From assembly GCA_030264375.1 (NCBI GenBank), contig JASCQW010000081.1, forward strand, positions 56,936,784 to 57,000,783: a stretch of 64,000 nt of DNA, written 5' to 3'. Positions within the stretch are counted from its first letter, which is position 1, and each line of letters opens with the position of its first letter. Below are positions 1 to 13,019 of the stretch, piece by piece. The notes below the pieces were generated by a model. The model saw only the letters and a program-made list of their open reading frames with translations, did not search any database and was not told the DNA's origin. Both the position numbers and the translations under genes were made by a program. This DNA is from Carcharhinus longimanus. Lineage: Eukaryota.

Positions 1-412
1 GGCGGGAGAGATTGTGGTTGGAGAAAGAGGGGCCATCCACACAAGTAAAATATCTGTCTGCAATAACTGCAAAATGATCTCATCCACACTTGAAATCCTA
101 GCATATGGCTGCGTGGCTCACGATGCAATTTGGAAAATAACCCATAAAAGCTGTATTTTTAAAAAATGCACAGCCAACAAGTAACGAAAGGACGTTTAAA
201 TCAGCACCAAAACTTCCGATTTTATCAAAGAGATGCCTGTTGCTACTACAGCTCTTTTGTGTTGATCCCATTATCTGCGTTTTTTTTGGTACAATGTTGC
301 CAAAAAAGTTCCAAGAGAAAACAGAGAATCAAAGTATCTATATTTATCACATAGAACGATGATGGGAACTCTGCACAAGCCCAATGTGGGACACTTAAAA
401 TTATCCACTTAC

Positions 413-474
413 CACCACCAGGAGTGTAAAAACCCAGGAGGTTCTCCTAATGTAATATTTTTCTCCCATCGTAT
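413..474 (-). CDS. SSBP3: SSBP3-like coding exon 3: [20 protein letters not shown](C); gene continues beyond window start
   Basis: Strong acceptor ttttattttgcag|ATA, donor TG|gtaagt, 62 nt; invariant SSBP/LUFS motif [11 protein letters not shown]. Confidence 0.95.
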
Positions 475-713
475 CTGCAAAATAAAAACAAAAAAAAACA
501 CTCAGAAGTAGTACAGGAGAAAATGGGACGGGGGGGTGGGTGGAGAGAGAGGGGAACGAGGGCAGGCTGCATTCAGAACTAGTCAGCTGAATAGATTTTT
601 TTTTGTTTTGTAGCCACAATAAATGGCAAAAGGTTAACACAATTCAAAATGGAGGCGAGATTGTCCGCCTGAGAAACAAAGGCTAAAGCGGAGTGATGGA
701 GACATGCAGTTAC

Positions 714-786
714 CTCTGAGAGGAAGGTCTGTGCAGATTTCTGTGCCCCGACATGAAGCAGATATTCGTACACGTACAGAGCCAAC
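714..786 (-). CDS. SSBP3: SSBP3-like coding exon 2 (LisH): [24 protein letters not shown]
   Basis: Acceptor ...cgcccgcag|G, donor GAG|gtaact, 73 nt, phase matches exon 1; peptide visible in ORF 579..935. Confidence 0.95.
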
Positions 787-1118
787 CTGCGGGCGAAGGA
801 GACACAAAGGGAGCCGGTTACAAGGTTTCTATTTATTACAGCGGGAATGCAGAAAGAGAGAGCAAAGAGGGGAGCTGGGGGTTTGTCAGCGAGCGGCGCT
901 GCACCCAGCCAGCCCCGCCGGACACAATGTTTCATTCAGTTTCTTTAAAGACGCGGAAACGCACAGCGTGCGAGTCAAAAACAAATAGAAATAATGATAA
1001 GGATGAAAAGCGATTTAATCCCCGGGATCTGCAGCGGCCGCTGTCTGGCCCCGGGGAGCCAGTAAACGGTGGGCAGGTTTCTTCATTTCCACAAGTAACA
1101 AAAAAAATTAAAACTTAC

Positions 1119-1174
1119 TTTTCTCGAGCCTGCCCGTCCGAGGGCACCGCCGAACCTTTGCTTTTGGCGAACAT
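1119..1174 (-). CDS. SSBP3: SSBP3-like (SSBP2/3/4 single-stranded DNA-binding/LDB1 cofactor family) coding exon 1: MFAKSKGSAVPSDGQAREK
   Basis: Manual translation from ATG at 1174 closely matches the SSBP3 N-terminus (MFAKGKGSAVPSDGQAREK); 56 nt ending at donor AA|GTAAGT. Paralog identity is uncertain (see findings). Confidence 0.93.
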
Positions 1175-1700
1175 GCTTTTTTTTGGGGGAAGGAGCTGCC
1201 TGGCGTCGGGCACCTGTCAAACCATCAAACCCGGGGCGACCCCATCGCCGCGTCCGCGCACGCAGCCCAGCCCCGGCAGCGGAAAGGGCGGTNNNNNNNN
1301 NNNNNNNNNNNNNNNNNNNNNNNNNNNNNNNNNNNNNNNNNNNNNNNNNNNNNNNNNNNNNNNNNNNNNNNNNNNNNNNNNNNNNNNNNNNNNNNNNNNN
1401 NNNNNNNNNNNNNNNNNNNNNNNNNNNNNNNNNNNNNNNNNNNNNNNNNNNNNNNNNNNNNNNNNNNNNNNNNNNTGGAGTGACTGGCCAGTTTGGTTAC
1501 AGAGGCGGACTGCGCTGATTGGTCGCCGGCTCAGATACATCGGTGCGGGGAGCCTGGAAACCGCGTGCCCAGGAGTTTCTAAAACCCCCCCCTCCTCTTC
1601 TGCTATTCCGGGCTGGGGCGGCATTCCCCCTACTCGGCGGCTGCTGTAAAAACCTGGGACGGAATGCTACACAGAGTCCCAACAGAAATTAAACACAATC
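1175..1700 (-). promoter_or_regulatory. CpG-island promoter / 5' UTR of the SSBP3-like gene (partly in an N gap)
   Basis: CpG-rich sequence directly upstream of the ATG; CCAAT box on minus strand at 1518-1522. Confidence 0.65.
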
Positions 1701-4700
1701 CCATTGTTAACGCTGGATCATTTTTCCTATGACATTCAGTTTTGTTCTGGTTAAGCCTTCTGAGATACTGCATTTTTTCTAGTAATTTCCCCGTAGAAAT
1801 TGGTGCTTTGTCGTTGCTTAATTGAAATACATCTCCCTTGCTTTAACAAAGTCGACCTCCCCCCACCCCCTCGGGCAATGAAAACGAGATGCTAGGTTCA
1901 TACAGAGTTAACTGCAGATATGTGCAAAACCCGATTCCGATTACTCGGTTTTAAAATCAATGTTGTAAAATCCCAGCTCATGAACAAAAGCGCATGCAAC
2001 GCATGTGCTTCAGGTAAAAATACAACGAGCGGGAGAGGCAATTAGCCCAGAACTGTGTAAAAGTCATTCATAATTCGCGATGTTTTAATAGCTTTATTTT
2101 TCTGTGGCGGAATATTTTTTGCTCCTTTTTTAAGGTTCCCTTGTGCGAATACGAGAACGAGAAACGCAACAGTTTGGAACTGATCGAAACCGGTTTGCAT
2201 ACACGTGATGTGCAGTAGTTTTCCATTCAAATGGACCTGATCCTATAGATTGCAACTCATTCGGGAAGAGAACTGCCTGGGAAGCAGCGCTGTTCCCCAG
2301 TTTACTAAGTCCTAGATGGTAACGATATCAGACACTCATCCAACGTGAGTGGAAAAGCCCGGACCATCCTATGCAAAATCAATGCGAGGTTTAACCGTCT
2401 AGACCTTATGATCAACTTCTTGAGCTTCCAGAATGGTTTAGTAAATTATTCAGAAACCAGCTTCCTGTGTGTATAAACATATGTGGATTAATTGGTCAAT
2501 TCTGTGACTACAACCAGATTTATCGTTTGAATCTATGCATTTTGCATTGGATCGGATTCTAAGTTTATTCGCGGCGTGTTTTTGTACAAGGTCTGTTTAT
2601 ATATAACCGCGTAACTTTAATGAAATGCAACCCATTTAAAACGCTACATTACGAATACTGTTTACACAATAGTCAAAACCATCCCCTTTTTAAATTCTCA
2701 GTTTATAATTTGAATTGATTACCTTTGTGAATAATGACTTCAATGGTACGTTTTTAAGAAGAAAGGCAAAAAAAATCTCAAATTGTATCCTTTTTATTTT
2801 AAATCAGGCGTCAGTATTAAATGTACCTATCGCACACAGGTCCAAGACATCAGGATTTGTTTGGACAACTTAAAATGCTATTTTTTAGTGAATTAGTGCT
2901 TACGGAGTCTGCACTCAGATGTGTACACACAGGAGGCTAAAAATACTGATTGTCATTTGCATAACCACAGCCCCACACAAGCTGCAACTGAATGCCAGAA
3001 CAGTACTGTGATGCTATTTTCCAAACTCACCTATTAAAGTCGTCTAGCACAACATTCCATGCAGCATAGGGGAAATACTGCTATTCTGACAAAAACTCTG
3101 CGTCTGGAACTTGATCTCTTTTAACAATCTTACTGTGTTTTCAATAATTTAGCTTTACTTAACATTTCTCATGTTTTCAATTTTTCACATTTGAGTTAGC
3201 AGCACTCCTGTAAATGGTCAGAAAAAACTGGGTACTTTTGTTTTCGTATTTTATTTTTAAAGTACAGTACCCATATTATTTTATAAACCTGTAATTTAAG
3301 CACAAAATTTAAAAGCAGGCTTTAAGGCCAGTGATGAAATAAGCGGGGGGATCACAAAAAGTATTTGAATGATATTTGTTCAGCTAAATAATCTCCAAAG
3401 TCCTCTAAGTGTCATCGTTGCTTGATTCCATGCAACTTCTGTGTAAACATTCTCCTTCGGGATGGGTTTTAACTATGGAAGATTCAGGATCAGCCTATCC
3501 TTTCTGGCAGATTCAACAACTTGTTACACAAGCCAGAGATGTGCACAGTGTGCCAGGGCACTATTATTACTGAGTTTGGCTAGCCCAGCATTGGAATTTG
3601 GAAGGCCCCTGTCCCTGGAGCCTGAGACTCTTCGGTATTGCTTCCAGATTCCTCTTAAAGAAGTGGGGCTGTAATCGGACAGTCAGTTCACTCATGTCCT
3701 AAATAATTTTAGCCCTTAAGATCCAACAATACTCCTTCATGCTAAATGTTATGGATCATACTGTGGGAGGAGAGAGTGCCTCAAATGAGACAAATGGAAT
3801 CTATATTTTGATGAATTTCTCAATAGTTTAGTTTTGAAAATTCTTACACCTGATGTTTGGTTTAATAGATTTGAGACCAAGAAAAGAAAAGGAGCATGTG
3901 ATCTTCAGAATGCATTCATTGGCCAGCAAAACAATTACAAATAACTGTGACCGGAAATAAATAAATGATTAATTAATTAATAGATAGCTTTATTGGTCTT
4001 CAGACAAAACCAAAATTTCCAAGCCATACCCATTGCAGGCATTGTATCCATACAGATCTAAGAGCTTTTCAAAGATTCAGCATTACTTTTTTCTCAAGCC
4101 CTAAAACTGCTTGTGTAGGTAAATGGAACTTAGAACAACATTCATACATCTCATTTTCTGTGCAAAATTAATTATTGGTGAGGATGTCAAGTCCCTGGGA
4201 TATTAAAGGTGGTAATTAGTCCTATGTCTTCCCCAGGAACACATTATTTATCTGTTTTCAGACAGGTTTTCAAAATCCTTTTGGCAATGGATAGATGCAT
4301 ACATTGCAATGCCTCCTTGAAAATGAGAGAAAAAAAGACTCTATACTGTTGCTTTCTAAGCTTTAAAAGCAAAATCACACAGTTGTTCTTTCATGACTTA
4401 AAGTGCTTACTTGTCAAAGCATGAGATTGTATACAGTCATGATCTTTGTGACTTTTTTCTGTGCAGTTCTGCTTAGTCTTTCACTTCTAGAAATGATCTA
4501 TTAGTTACACAATTTTATGGATGACTAAAAGTAATCTTCAAGTCCTTGCACTTGCTTCTACACTGTGTGTCTCTTTGGATGTCTTTTCAAAGTGCAGTAT
4601 TTATATAATGCAGGATGTGAGTTTCAGCCATCATTGGAAGTCCTGAAACACAAATCAAACCAATGAAATCCAAAGATTTTGCCAGTCTTTCGCTGTTTGA

Positions 4701-7488
4701 CTCTTAGCTATCTTTCATTCTTCTGGTCATGCTATTCAATGAATACAGTCATTCAACAGAAGATTGAAATAATTGATTCCATAAATCTCTTCAATTGGAG
4801 CCTCTACAGCCAGTTCAACACCAAGAACTAAGCAACTGCAGGTAACAAATGAGCTTAGAAACTCAATCTTAAACAGCGGTGACTTCTTTAGTTTATTCAA
4901 ACATCACTGCGCATTCTTATCTAAATTTCTTGCAGCTCTCTCATTGTCCCACAATTTCCAAAGTTTCCAGAAGATCTAAGTCAATTATACTGCCTGCGGC
5001 TCTATTAATAAAAGTTCAATCAAGCCCAGGAAGGCAGTGATCAGTTTATATTTTCAAAACATGTCATGCAGATACAAATCAATGTACACAGGTTACGGAG
5101 GATTGTGTTTTCATTAATGAAAATATGTGTTGATTCCCTATTATTTTTATTCAGAACACCCTTCACTATCAAATGTGCACAACTTGCCTTGTGTCCCAGG
5201 ATATTTTGTCAGTTTTCATTCTCAAAATTACTTTCTTTTTTTTCTTCTAACAAATATATTTACACATTAGTTTATACTTTAAGTGGAGGGATCCTCGCAA
5301 ACTTTGATATTTTTGCAAACTGAGCATTCCAGATAGGGACTCTCCAAAGCTGGTGCCTCTTTGAAATATTATATATCTATTGCTCACTGGTCCTGGAATT
5401 GGGGAGTTGAGAACAAACCACAGATTCAACGAGACTGCCCAAGGTCAGTCCAGGGTTCACATCTCCATGTTCTGGCGTAACCCACCTATCATGTTCAGAA
5501 ATGTGTTTGTCTAGCAATCAAGGTCACTTTCAATCACAATCAAAATTTCACAGAAAGATGCTTCCAGCAATTGGTTGCATACTGTAAAATGTTTGGTTTT
5601 AACATTTGTAATTTACCCTTTTTTTTCATTAGACAGGTATGAGAACAAAGTTGTTTGCAACTGGTTTTCGGGGATCTTAAGTTACACACAGAAGGTAGCA
5701 GTGCAACTATATCCATTTTAACTCTGTCACTGCCTAACTTTCATTTAGTTTTTTTTATCAATTCTACTTTGTATTAATTAATCTGAATTAAAGTTTTGAA
5801 TTATGATTCAATTGCCATATTGCCATATATCTCCCAGCTTCTTAACCACAATCTGGGACAAACAAACCCAAATTGTGATAATGTGATACATATGCCATTA
5901 CATAAATTGGAATACAGGTTGCTACACTATGAACTTTCCAATACAGATCCCTCAAGCATGGCTATAAGACAGAAAACATGGTAAAATAATAAAGCTTTTA
6001 GTATTCAACTGTGGGCTGACCCTTTTGAAAAGCCCTGTGTGATCAATAGTTGACCATCTGCTGTGACTTGCTGCTATATTTCCAAACTATGGCATTGAGT
6101 GATCTGTGAGCTCACAAGTTTCTGTCACACACCAAAGATAATGTGGCCAGCAAGTTAATGTTGGCTGTTGCAGTGTACCACTTTGATTCTTCTTACTTTT
6201 CAATGAGGATGCCTTGATCCCTCTGTGCACCCTTACCTACTTTGTAGAAATGAGTGTTCATAATGTTCAATGTTACTTGATATCCTACCTCCACTCTTGC
6301 CTTTCACTGGGTGTGTTTCACCATTCAGCATGCACTGTGCTAAGATAAACATTGGCAAACATCAGTTTGGATTGCTTCCACCAATTAACTATCCCCACAC
6401 AGAGTACAACACATAGATCAATCCACTTAATGATTAGTCACAGAACTTTTATCAGAGTCCGCGTGTGATCTGTTTCAAATTGCCACAAAAAAATCAAGTC
6501 TCTATCTAAACAGCCAGTGTTGCCAATTTCTTTCATTCTCCACATTTTGAAAAATTACCAAGTGGATGTTACTTGTGATATCTTCATAGTTCATTGGAAT
6601 ACCAACTCTCACTGGCTCATCTTTGAAGAATAACCATTTGGGTACAATATCAAGAGGTGACCAAAACAAGTGGAGCCACCAATATTGGTTTCCCTTTAGT
6701 CTCATGCCCAAAGAAACTTTTAATCTGAGCCAGCCTATTCAACTGAGAGGTCATCAATGGTAACTTAATGATCTTCTCACCTAATATACTGAGGAACTTG
6801 CATTCCTCAGTATGTGATACTAGATAGGGATTTCAAATATTACACAGAAGCACTGACATAATTTGTATCATCCTAGCCAAGTTCAGCTATCTCAGTGCAG
6901 ATGAAGAATCAAACCTGAAACTACCCTGGCCTGTGCAGCTCAGTACCAAAGCAGATAGTGAAACTTCTAATGAAACCACTAAGCAGCCTTATTTTCAGTT
7001 TTTATGAGTTGTATTTCCTCATTTTTAAAGGTCATTTTGTATTGCCTTTAAACTTGTTCAAAAGAAGGGATTTTTTCAGTTCAAATGGAAAAAATTAGAC
7101 CATAATAGGTTCCTCGAAGTTTCCTTTGATCAGTGGCCAATGTAAAGGGCAGTTTCAGGCTCAGGATGCTTCATTAGTTACAGGATGAATGTTTCTTTAT
7201 CTATTTCCAATTAGATGTATCATATTGAAATTAAGAAATTGCTTATTGCAGTTGAGACCGAAGTTAGTACCTGAAAGGCCTGAGATCTCCCTAGATGATG
7301 CTCAAAGTCATTCTGCTTTCAGTTTTTTTAAAGGTCCATGATTCTGAAGGTACTCACGATTTGTAATGTGTGCCCTCCTCAGCCAATGTAGTTCGGCTCA
7401 AATCCATTCAAATGTGGACACTGGGATTAAATTTTACCTGAGCTCAATCAGTATTCCTAAAATGCTCTCAAGATTTTATAAAAATAGA

Positions 7489-7858
7489 GGGCGGGGTACA
7501 GCAGGAAGTCGTATGAATGGGGAACATAAGAGGGGCAACAGTGGTTTATACAAAGGATACACTCTGGGGATCTACTGGGGTGCAGATGGCAAGCATGTTA
7601 CCGGTACACAATATAGTAGAGAATGTACTGGGGGCGGGGAATTTCCATTTCTCATTTCTCCAAACTTTAAGGTATGTTCTTAGTCTATGGTCTACTCCTT
7701 ATTTGCATCCTGTAACCTCTACATCCCACAGTGCATTATTTATACCAGCGCCTTTGCTGCCCCCATAGTGAATTGCGGTGTCACTCCATTCCAGTTGTGC
7801 TGAGTCAGGCTGCGGGCAGGGAAGCTGTGGTATTAATGAGCTGTTACAGGAAGTTCCC
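7489..7858. promoter_or_regulatory. Candidate enhancer: GC boxes, ETS, NF-kB and ARE motifs
   Basis: GGGCGGGG 7489-7496, CAGGAAGT 7502-7509 and 7847-7854, GGGAATTTCC 7637-7646, TGCTGAGTCA 7798-7807, GGAAGTTCCC 7849-7858. Motif evidence only. Confidence 0.35.
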
Positions 7859-9374
7859 TTTTAACAGGATTGCCTTTGAGGTTACTGAAATCTAATGGTT
7901 GACATGACCAAAACAAATAGTAACAAATGTACGTTTTAAACAAATACGCATTAAACAAGCCAATGTTTTCAAAAAAATTAGACAAATTAACGAGTAGCCT
8001 TGTAACCTACATCTAACGATGTGGTTGCAAGTGGGAATCTCACTAAATGCACTACAGTATTATGTAACAAGCCACATTGGGAGGTCATACACTTATATTT
8101 TAAAACAAAACTTAAACTATTAACACTGAATTTAACCTGTTTCTCACCCCCTCCGTCAAAAAAACCTGGCGACTCCGTGTCCTGCCATAGTAATTTTTTA
8201 CTGAACTGGCCTGTTCCTTGTGTATGGGACTTTGTATGGCAGGCCATTCGATTAGATGGGGCATTTCAGTTTGATTTAATTGCCATCTGACACTTTGTAG
8301 CAGGAGTAACTGGATAGTCGTGGGGATTGGAAACCTTGATTCATTCTTGCCCATCCCAAGACAGAAGTAAGATTCCTGCTGCTCCCTACTGGGAATCAAA
8401 CCTGGGGTCTCCTTGGTGTGCACTGAGCTTGGGACTTCACCAGGTGACGCATGTTGCCATTGCAGTCAGAAGAGCAGACACCCTGCAGACCGCCTGCCTT
8501 AGAAACTCACTGTCAACAGATGTACGGTTGCAGAATCCTGCTTGAATGGACATTATGTACTTTGATGATTTCACAGCACACACCCACACATGTGCATATT
8601 CCCCTCTCCCTCTCCCTCTCCCTCTCCCTCTCAGATCNNNNNNNNNNNNNNNNNNNNNNNNNNNNNNNNNNNNNNNNNNNNNNNNNNNNNNNNNNNNNNN
8701 NNNNNNNNNNNNNNNNNNNNNNNNNNNNNNNNNNNNNATGATTTCACAGCACGCACCCACACATTTATCATGAAACAACAGTGATTAAACTAGAGGACAT
8801 GTGTACAGACCCCGAATTCTGCACTATGAAGGTCATTGCTGTAACACTAACTTCCCAGAAAAGCAAGGAATGCTCTGTTGACCAATGAAGTGAGCGTGCC
8901 GTGCAGCATTTGTATCCCTGCAGTTTGAACCTCTGCATTTTTTTTGAGTCACACTCCATGAACTATGCATTGAATCAGGCCATAAGGACATGCAGGTCAC
9001 CTCAGTATTCTGCCAATATTGTCTTCAACATTCCCTTTGAAATTATGCAAGAATAAGGCTCCTGGTATCATGTTTCCCAATTTCCTTAAGTCACTTCTCG
9101 CCTCCAAATGATTCGCCTACACTGGTTGCCTCGTCGTAACAAGGTCAAGATCTATGCGGAATGGAGGAACTGATATTGTATTTCCCATTCCTCTCTTGGA
9201 CCGCTTGCCATGCTGCAGTATGCTCCTGTTTGGATGAGGCACACATGGGCAATGATGTGGTGACATTTCGCCTAAAAAAAACCTCTGCTATCGGGGCTTT
9301 CACGCCCTCGTCCCAAAGCGGTTCAGAGCCACTGAAATTCGTTGAAATGTCGTTACTTTTGTGGGAAGTTAAGC

Positions 9375-9670
9375 AGCCAGCATAATCAAGGACATCACGC
9401 AGCCCGGATATACTCTCACCTTCTTCTGTCGGGATAAGGATACAAAAGTCTTAAGTCAGGTACCAACCGACTCGAGAAAAGCTTCTTCCATGCTGCTAGC
9501 AAACTTTTGGATGGACCTACCTCGTATTAAGTTACTCTTTCTCAACACCGTAGCTATGACTGTGATACTACATTCTGCACCCTCTCTTACTATGTGCTTT
9601 GTGGGTATAGCGTGCAAGAAACAATACTTTTCATTGTATCTAATACATGTAATAATAATGAATCAAAACC
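9375..9670 (+). mobile_element. Rex1/Babar-like LINE 3' fragment
   Basis: Degenerate ORF end resembling IIKD..PG...SG...R..KSFF..A plus an A/T-rich tail; the same tail recurs at ~18335-18460. Confidence 0.55.
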
Positions 9671-9889
9671 AACTCCCTAGATGGTTTATCCAGTCATAGA
9701 GCAGATTTGGCATACAATCTGTACTGAGCCAGCTAACCTTAAAGGGGACAGTGGGAGGGACATACAATTAGCTTAATCACTTTGAGGATCAGATAAGGGT
9801 CCTGCTGCTGATGGCTATCCAAGCACTCTTGCTGAGGTTAGGGGATAGACACTAGGTAAGGATAGAACCCAATAAAGCTATGTTCTCAA

Positions 9890-10100
9890 ACAAAAATAGA
9901 AAATGCTGTTTTTGGGGCAAGAATAGAACCAATGTTTTGAGTCTGGATGCTGTGACGAAGGGTCTTGAGTCTGGAAGCTGTGACCAAGGGTCATCCATTC
10001 TCCAAACATTGGCTTTATTCTCTCGTCACAGACTGTCAGACCTGCTGAAATTTTCCAGCATTGTTTGTGTTTCAGATTCCAGCATCCGCAGTATTTTGCC
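9890..10100. mobile_element. Non-autonomous foldback element (probably Penelope-derived)
   Basis: aaatagaaaatgctg...cagacctgctgaaattttccagcatt...ttccagcatccgcagtattttg; related copy at 36483-36712. Confidence 0.45.
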
Positions 10101-10174
10101 TTTATCACAGCTACGTTCTCCCTGTGTACAGCTTTTTAGCCACAGGTGATTCAAGCCCTTCCCTTTTCACTTCT

Positions 10175-10490
10175 TTTTTCATTCAGGGAATGTGGGCATC
10201 GCTGAGGGGCCGGGGGAGGCGGAGAGCACTTATTGCCCATCCCTTAGTGAGTGGCTATATTAAGAGTTGACCTGTTGATCTGGAGTCACATGTAGACATG
10301 GAGTCACATTAGTGAACCAGATTGTATTTTATGACAATGGACAATGGTTTCATGGCCATCATTAGAAATTTGTTGAATTCAAATTTCAACCTACTGCAGC
10401 ACAATGCATTCACAATTGGATTCAAACCTGTGTCCCCATAGGATTGCCCTAGCCCTCTGGATTACTAGCCCAGTGCACAACTGCCTCCTC
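10175..10490 (-). mobile_element. tRNA-derived SINE (second shark family), degraded
   Basis: Similar along its length to the better-preserved copy at 63105-63468. Confidence 0.55.
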
Positions 10491-11314
10491 CAAGGCATCC
10501 TTTCTCTTGTTTAGGGTAAATCCAGCTATGTACAATCTGATAGGTTTATTTGATCTTAAATATAGCTTCAAACTTACGTATAGTCCTGGAACAGGANNNN
10601 NNNNNNNNNNNNNNNNNNNNNNNNNNNNNNNNNNNNNNNNNNNNNNNNNNNNNNNNATCCATCCTTCCTTCCTTCCTCCCTCCCCCCGCCCAACCCCCCA
10701 CCCCAGCCTCTACTCAAACTCTCAGCAGCCGGAGCCTCAAAGCCTCACTGGCCTTGCAGGTTTAACCCACCAGCAAATCATTCAACCTTTGTCCTGTCCA
10801 TTCAATGTCTTTGTAAACTTAGATTGACTCCCTATCCCCCGTGCAGTGATTTTAAACTTGTTTTCACTCTTTAGTAACAGTACTGTGATCTTCTTCCACT
10901 CTGCTCCAAGCTGGCAGTGTTCTGAGTGACTGGGAATCCCCCAGAAGAGACATTGCTCAAAGTTCTGCACTGGCATTTTTATCCAGATCTTTCGTCCTCA
11001 TGCAACTTCTCAAAACTCTTGTGGATGCTTGCTGTTTTTAACGAATTTTATAAATTGAGATTCTTGTTGAACAATCTCAATGTGAAAGAGCAGAGCTATA
11101 TAAAGACAACCCCTCTCCACCCGAAGCAGCTAAAGAAGGACTAGCTACCAGAGACATTAATAAACTGGTGGCAGAAATCTCCACCTCAAAGTCTACACGA
11201 TTTACAAACATAAAGTGCCCTTGAATTGGTTAGAAACAAGCTCAGCACCACAGAGCAGCAATCCTACTGATTATTCAACATTTTTCTCCTCAGCCCAGAT
11301 TCCAAATTCGGACT

Positions 11315-11900
11315 CGACCCCAAACCCCAGCCCTCGCTCTGAACCCAGCTTCAACCCCAACCCTGATCCCACCACCAGTGCCAGACCCAAGCCCTGATCC
11401 CCCAACCTCCAACAACAGCCCTAACCCCAAACCCAACCCCAACCTCAGCCCTCACCCCAGCTCCAAAGTCAAATCTAAGCCTTGACCACCAACTCCCAAC
11501 AACAGCCCTGACCCCAAACCCAACCCCAGCCCTGATGCCAGACCCAAGCCTGACCCCAACCTCAACTCCAGTCCTGACCCCAACCCCAGCCCTGATGCCA
11601 GACCCTAGCCCACATCCCTGATCCCTGCCCTAACCCTAACCCCAGCACCAGCCATGATACCAGCTTCGATTCCCGAACCTAGCCCCCGTTGCTGAGCCCA
11701 ACCCTGATCCTGGCCCCAGTCCCAAGCCCAACCACAACTCCAGCCCCAACTCTGACCTCAGCCCCGATTCCTAATCCCAAACCTGACCCCAGTCCTGACC
11801 AAGGCCCCAGCCCTTAGCCCCCACCCCGACCCTAAGTCCTGCCCCAATCCCTGACCCCAGACCATGACCCCAGCCCCAATTCAAGATTTTGACACAATCC
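11315..11900. repeat. Degenerate C-rich hexamer tandem repeat (CCCCAA/CCCCAG/CCCTGA/CCCTAA)
   Basis: Directly visible 6/18-bp periodicity. Confidence 0.85.
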
Positions 11901-11974
11901 TAATCCGCAGCCCGAAGCCAGCCCAGGCTCATACCCCCTCTACCAGCCTAGGCCTCTTCACCCATGGCAGCTTT

Positions 11975-12960
11975 AGTATCCACCCCAGTCTCATTGTCCA
12001 TCCAGGTCTCACTGCCCACCCTGAGTGCCGTGTCCACCCCAATTTCACTGTCCACCCCAGTCTCACTGTCCATCCTGATCTCACTGTCCACCCTGGTCTC
12101 ACTGTCCATCCTGTTCTCACTGTCCACCACGATCTCNNNNNNNNNNNNNNNNNNNNNNNNNNNNNNNNNNNNNNNNNNNNNNNNNNNNNNNNNNNNNNNN
12201 NNNNNNNNNNNNNNNNNNNNNNNNNNNNNNNNNNNNNNNNNNNNNNNNNNNNNNNNNNNNNNNNNNNNNNNNNNNNNNNNNNNNNNNNNNNNNNNNNNNN
12301 NNNNNNNNNNNNNNNNNNNNNNNNNNNNNNNNNNNNNNNNNNNNNNNNNNNNNNNNNNNNNNNNNNNNNNNNNNNNNNNNNNNNNNNNNNNNNNNNNNNN
12401 NNNNNNNNNNNNNNNNNNNNNNNNNNNNNNNNNNNNNNNNNNNNNNNNNNNNNNNNNNNNNNNNNNNNNNNNNNNNNNNNNNNNNNNNNNNNNNNNNNNN
12501 NNNNNNNNNNNNNNNNNNNNNNNNNNNNNNNNNNNNNNNNNNNNNNNNNNNNNNNNNNNNNNNNNNNNNNNNNNNNNNNNNNNNNNNNNNNNNNNNNNNN
12601 NNNNNNNNNNNNNNNNNNNNNNNNNNNNNNNNNNNNNNNNNNNNNNNNNNNNNNNNNNNNNNNNNNNNNNNNNNNNNNNNNNNNNNNNNNNNNNNNNNNN
12701 NNNNNNNNNNNNNNNNNNNNTCACTGTCCACCCCAATCTCACTTCCATCCAGGCCTCACTGTCCACCCTAGGCTCCCTGTCCACCCCAAACTCACTGTCC
12801 ATCTAGGTCTTTCTGTCCACCTTGGTCTCACTGTTCTTAGTGCCCACCCCAGTCTCACTGTCCATGCCAGTCTCACTGTCCAGCCCATTCTTACTGTCCA
12901 TTGGTCTTACTGTCCAGCCCGGTCTCACTGTCTAACCTCATCCCCGTTTCACTGTCCATC
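11975..12960. repeat. 18-bp minisatellite, consensus TCTCACTGTCCACCCCAG (interrupted by an N gap)
   Basis: Repeated ctcactgtcca core every 18 nt; produces HPxLTV-repeat pseudo-ORFs. Confidence 0.92.
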
Positions 12961-13019
12961 CTGGCAGCAGGGGCTGGTTTTGTAGTGGGAGGGAGTCTCT
13001 GCTCTGGTGGATCTGAAGT

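Noticed and set aside
401-640. ORF with an apparent signal peptide [19 protein letters not shown] in good Kozak context
   Set aside because: It is an alternative frame of SSBP exon 3; the spliced frame [20 protein letters not shown] is the conserved one.
753-1649. 298-aa plus-strand ORF
   Set aside because: Antisense to SSBP exons in a GC-rich island and runs through an N gap; no recognisable domain.
8564-8764. About 27-bp duplication (atgatttcacagcac.cacccacacat) flanking a microsatellite
   Set aside because: The copies flank an exact 100-N scaffold gap; most likely contig-end or haplotype overlap.
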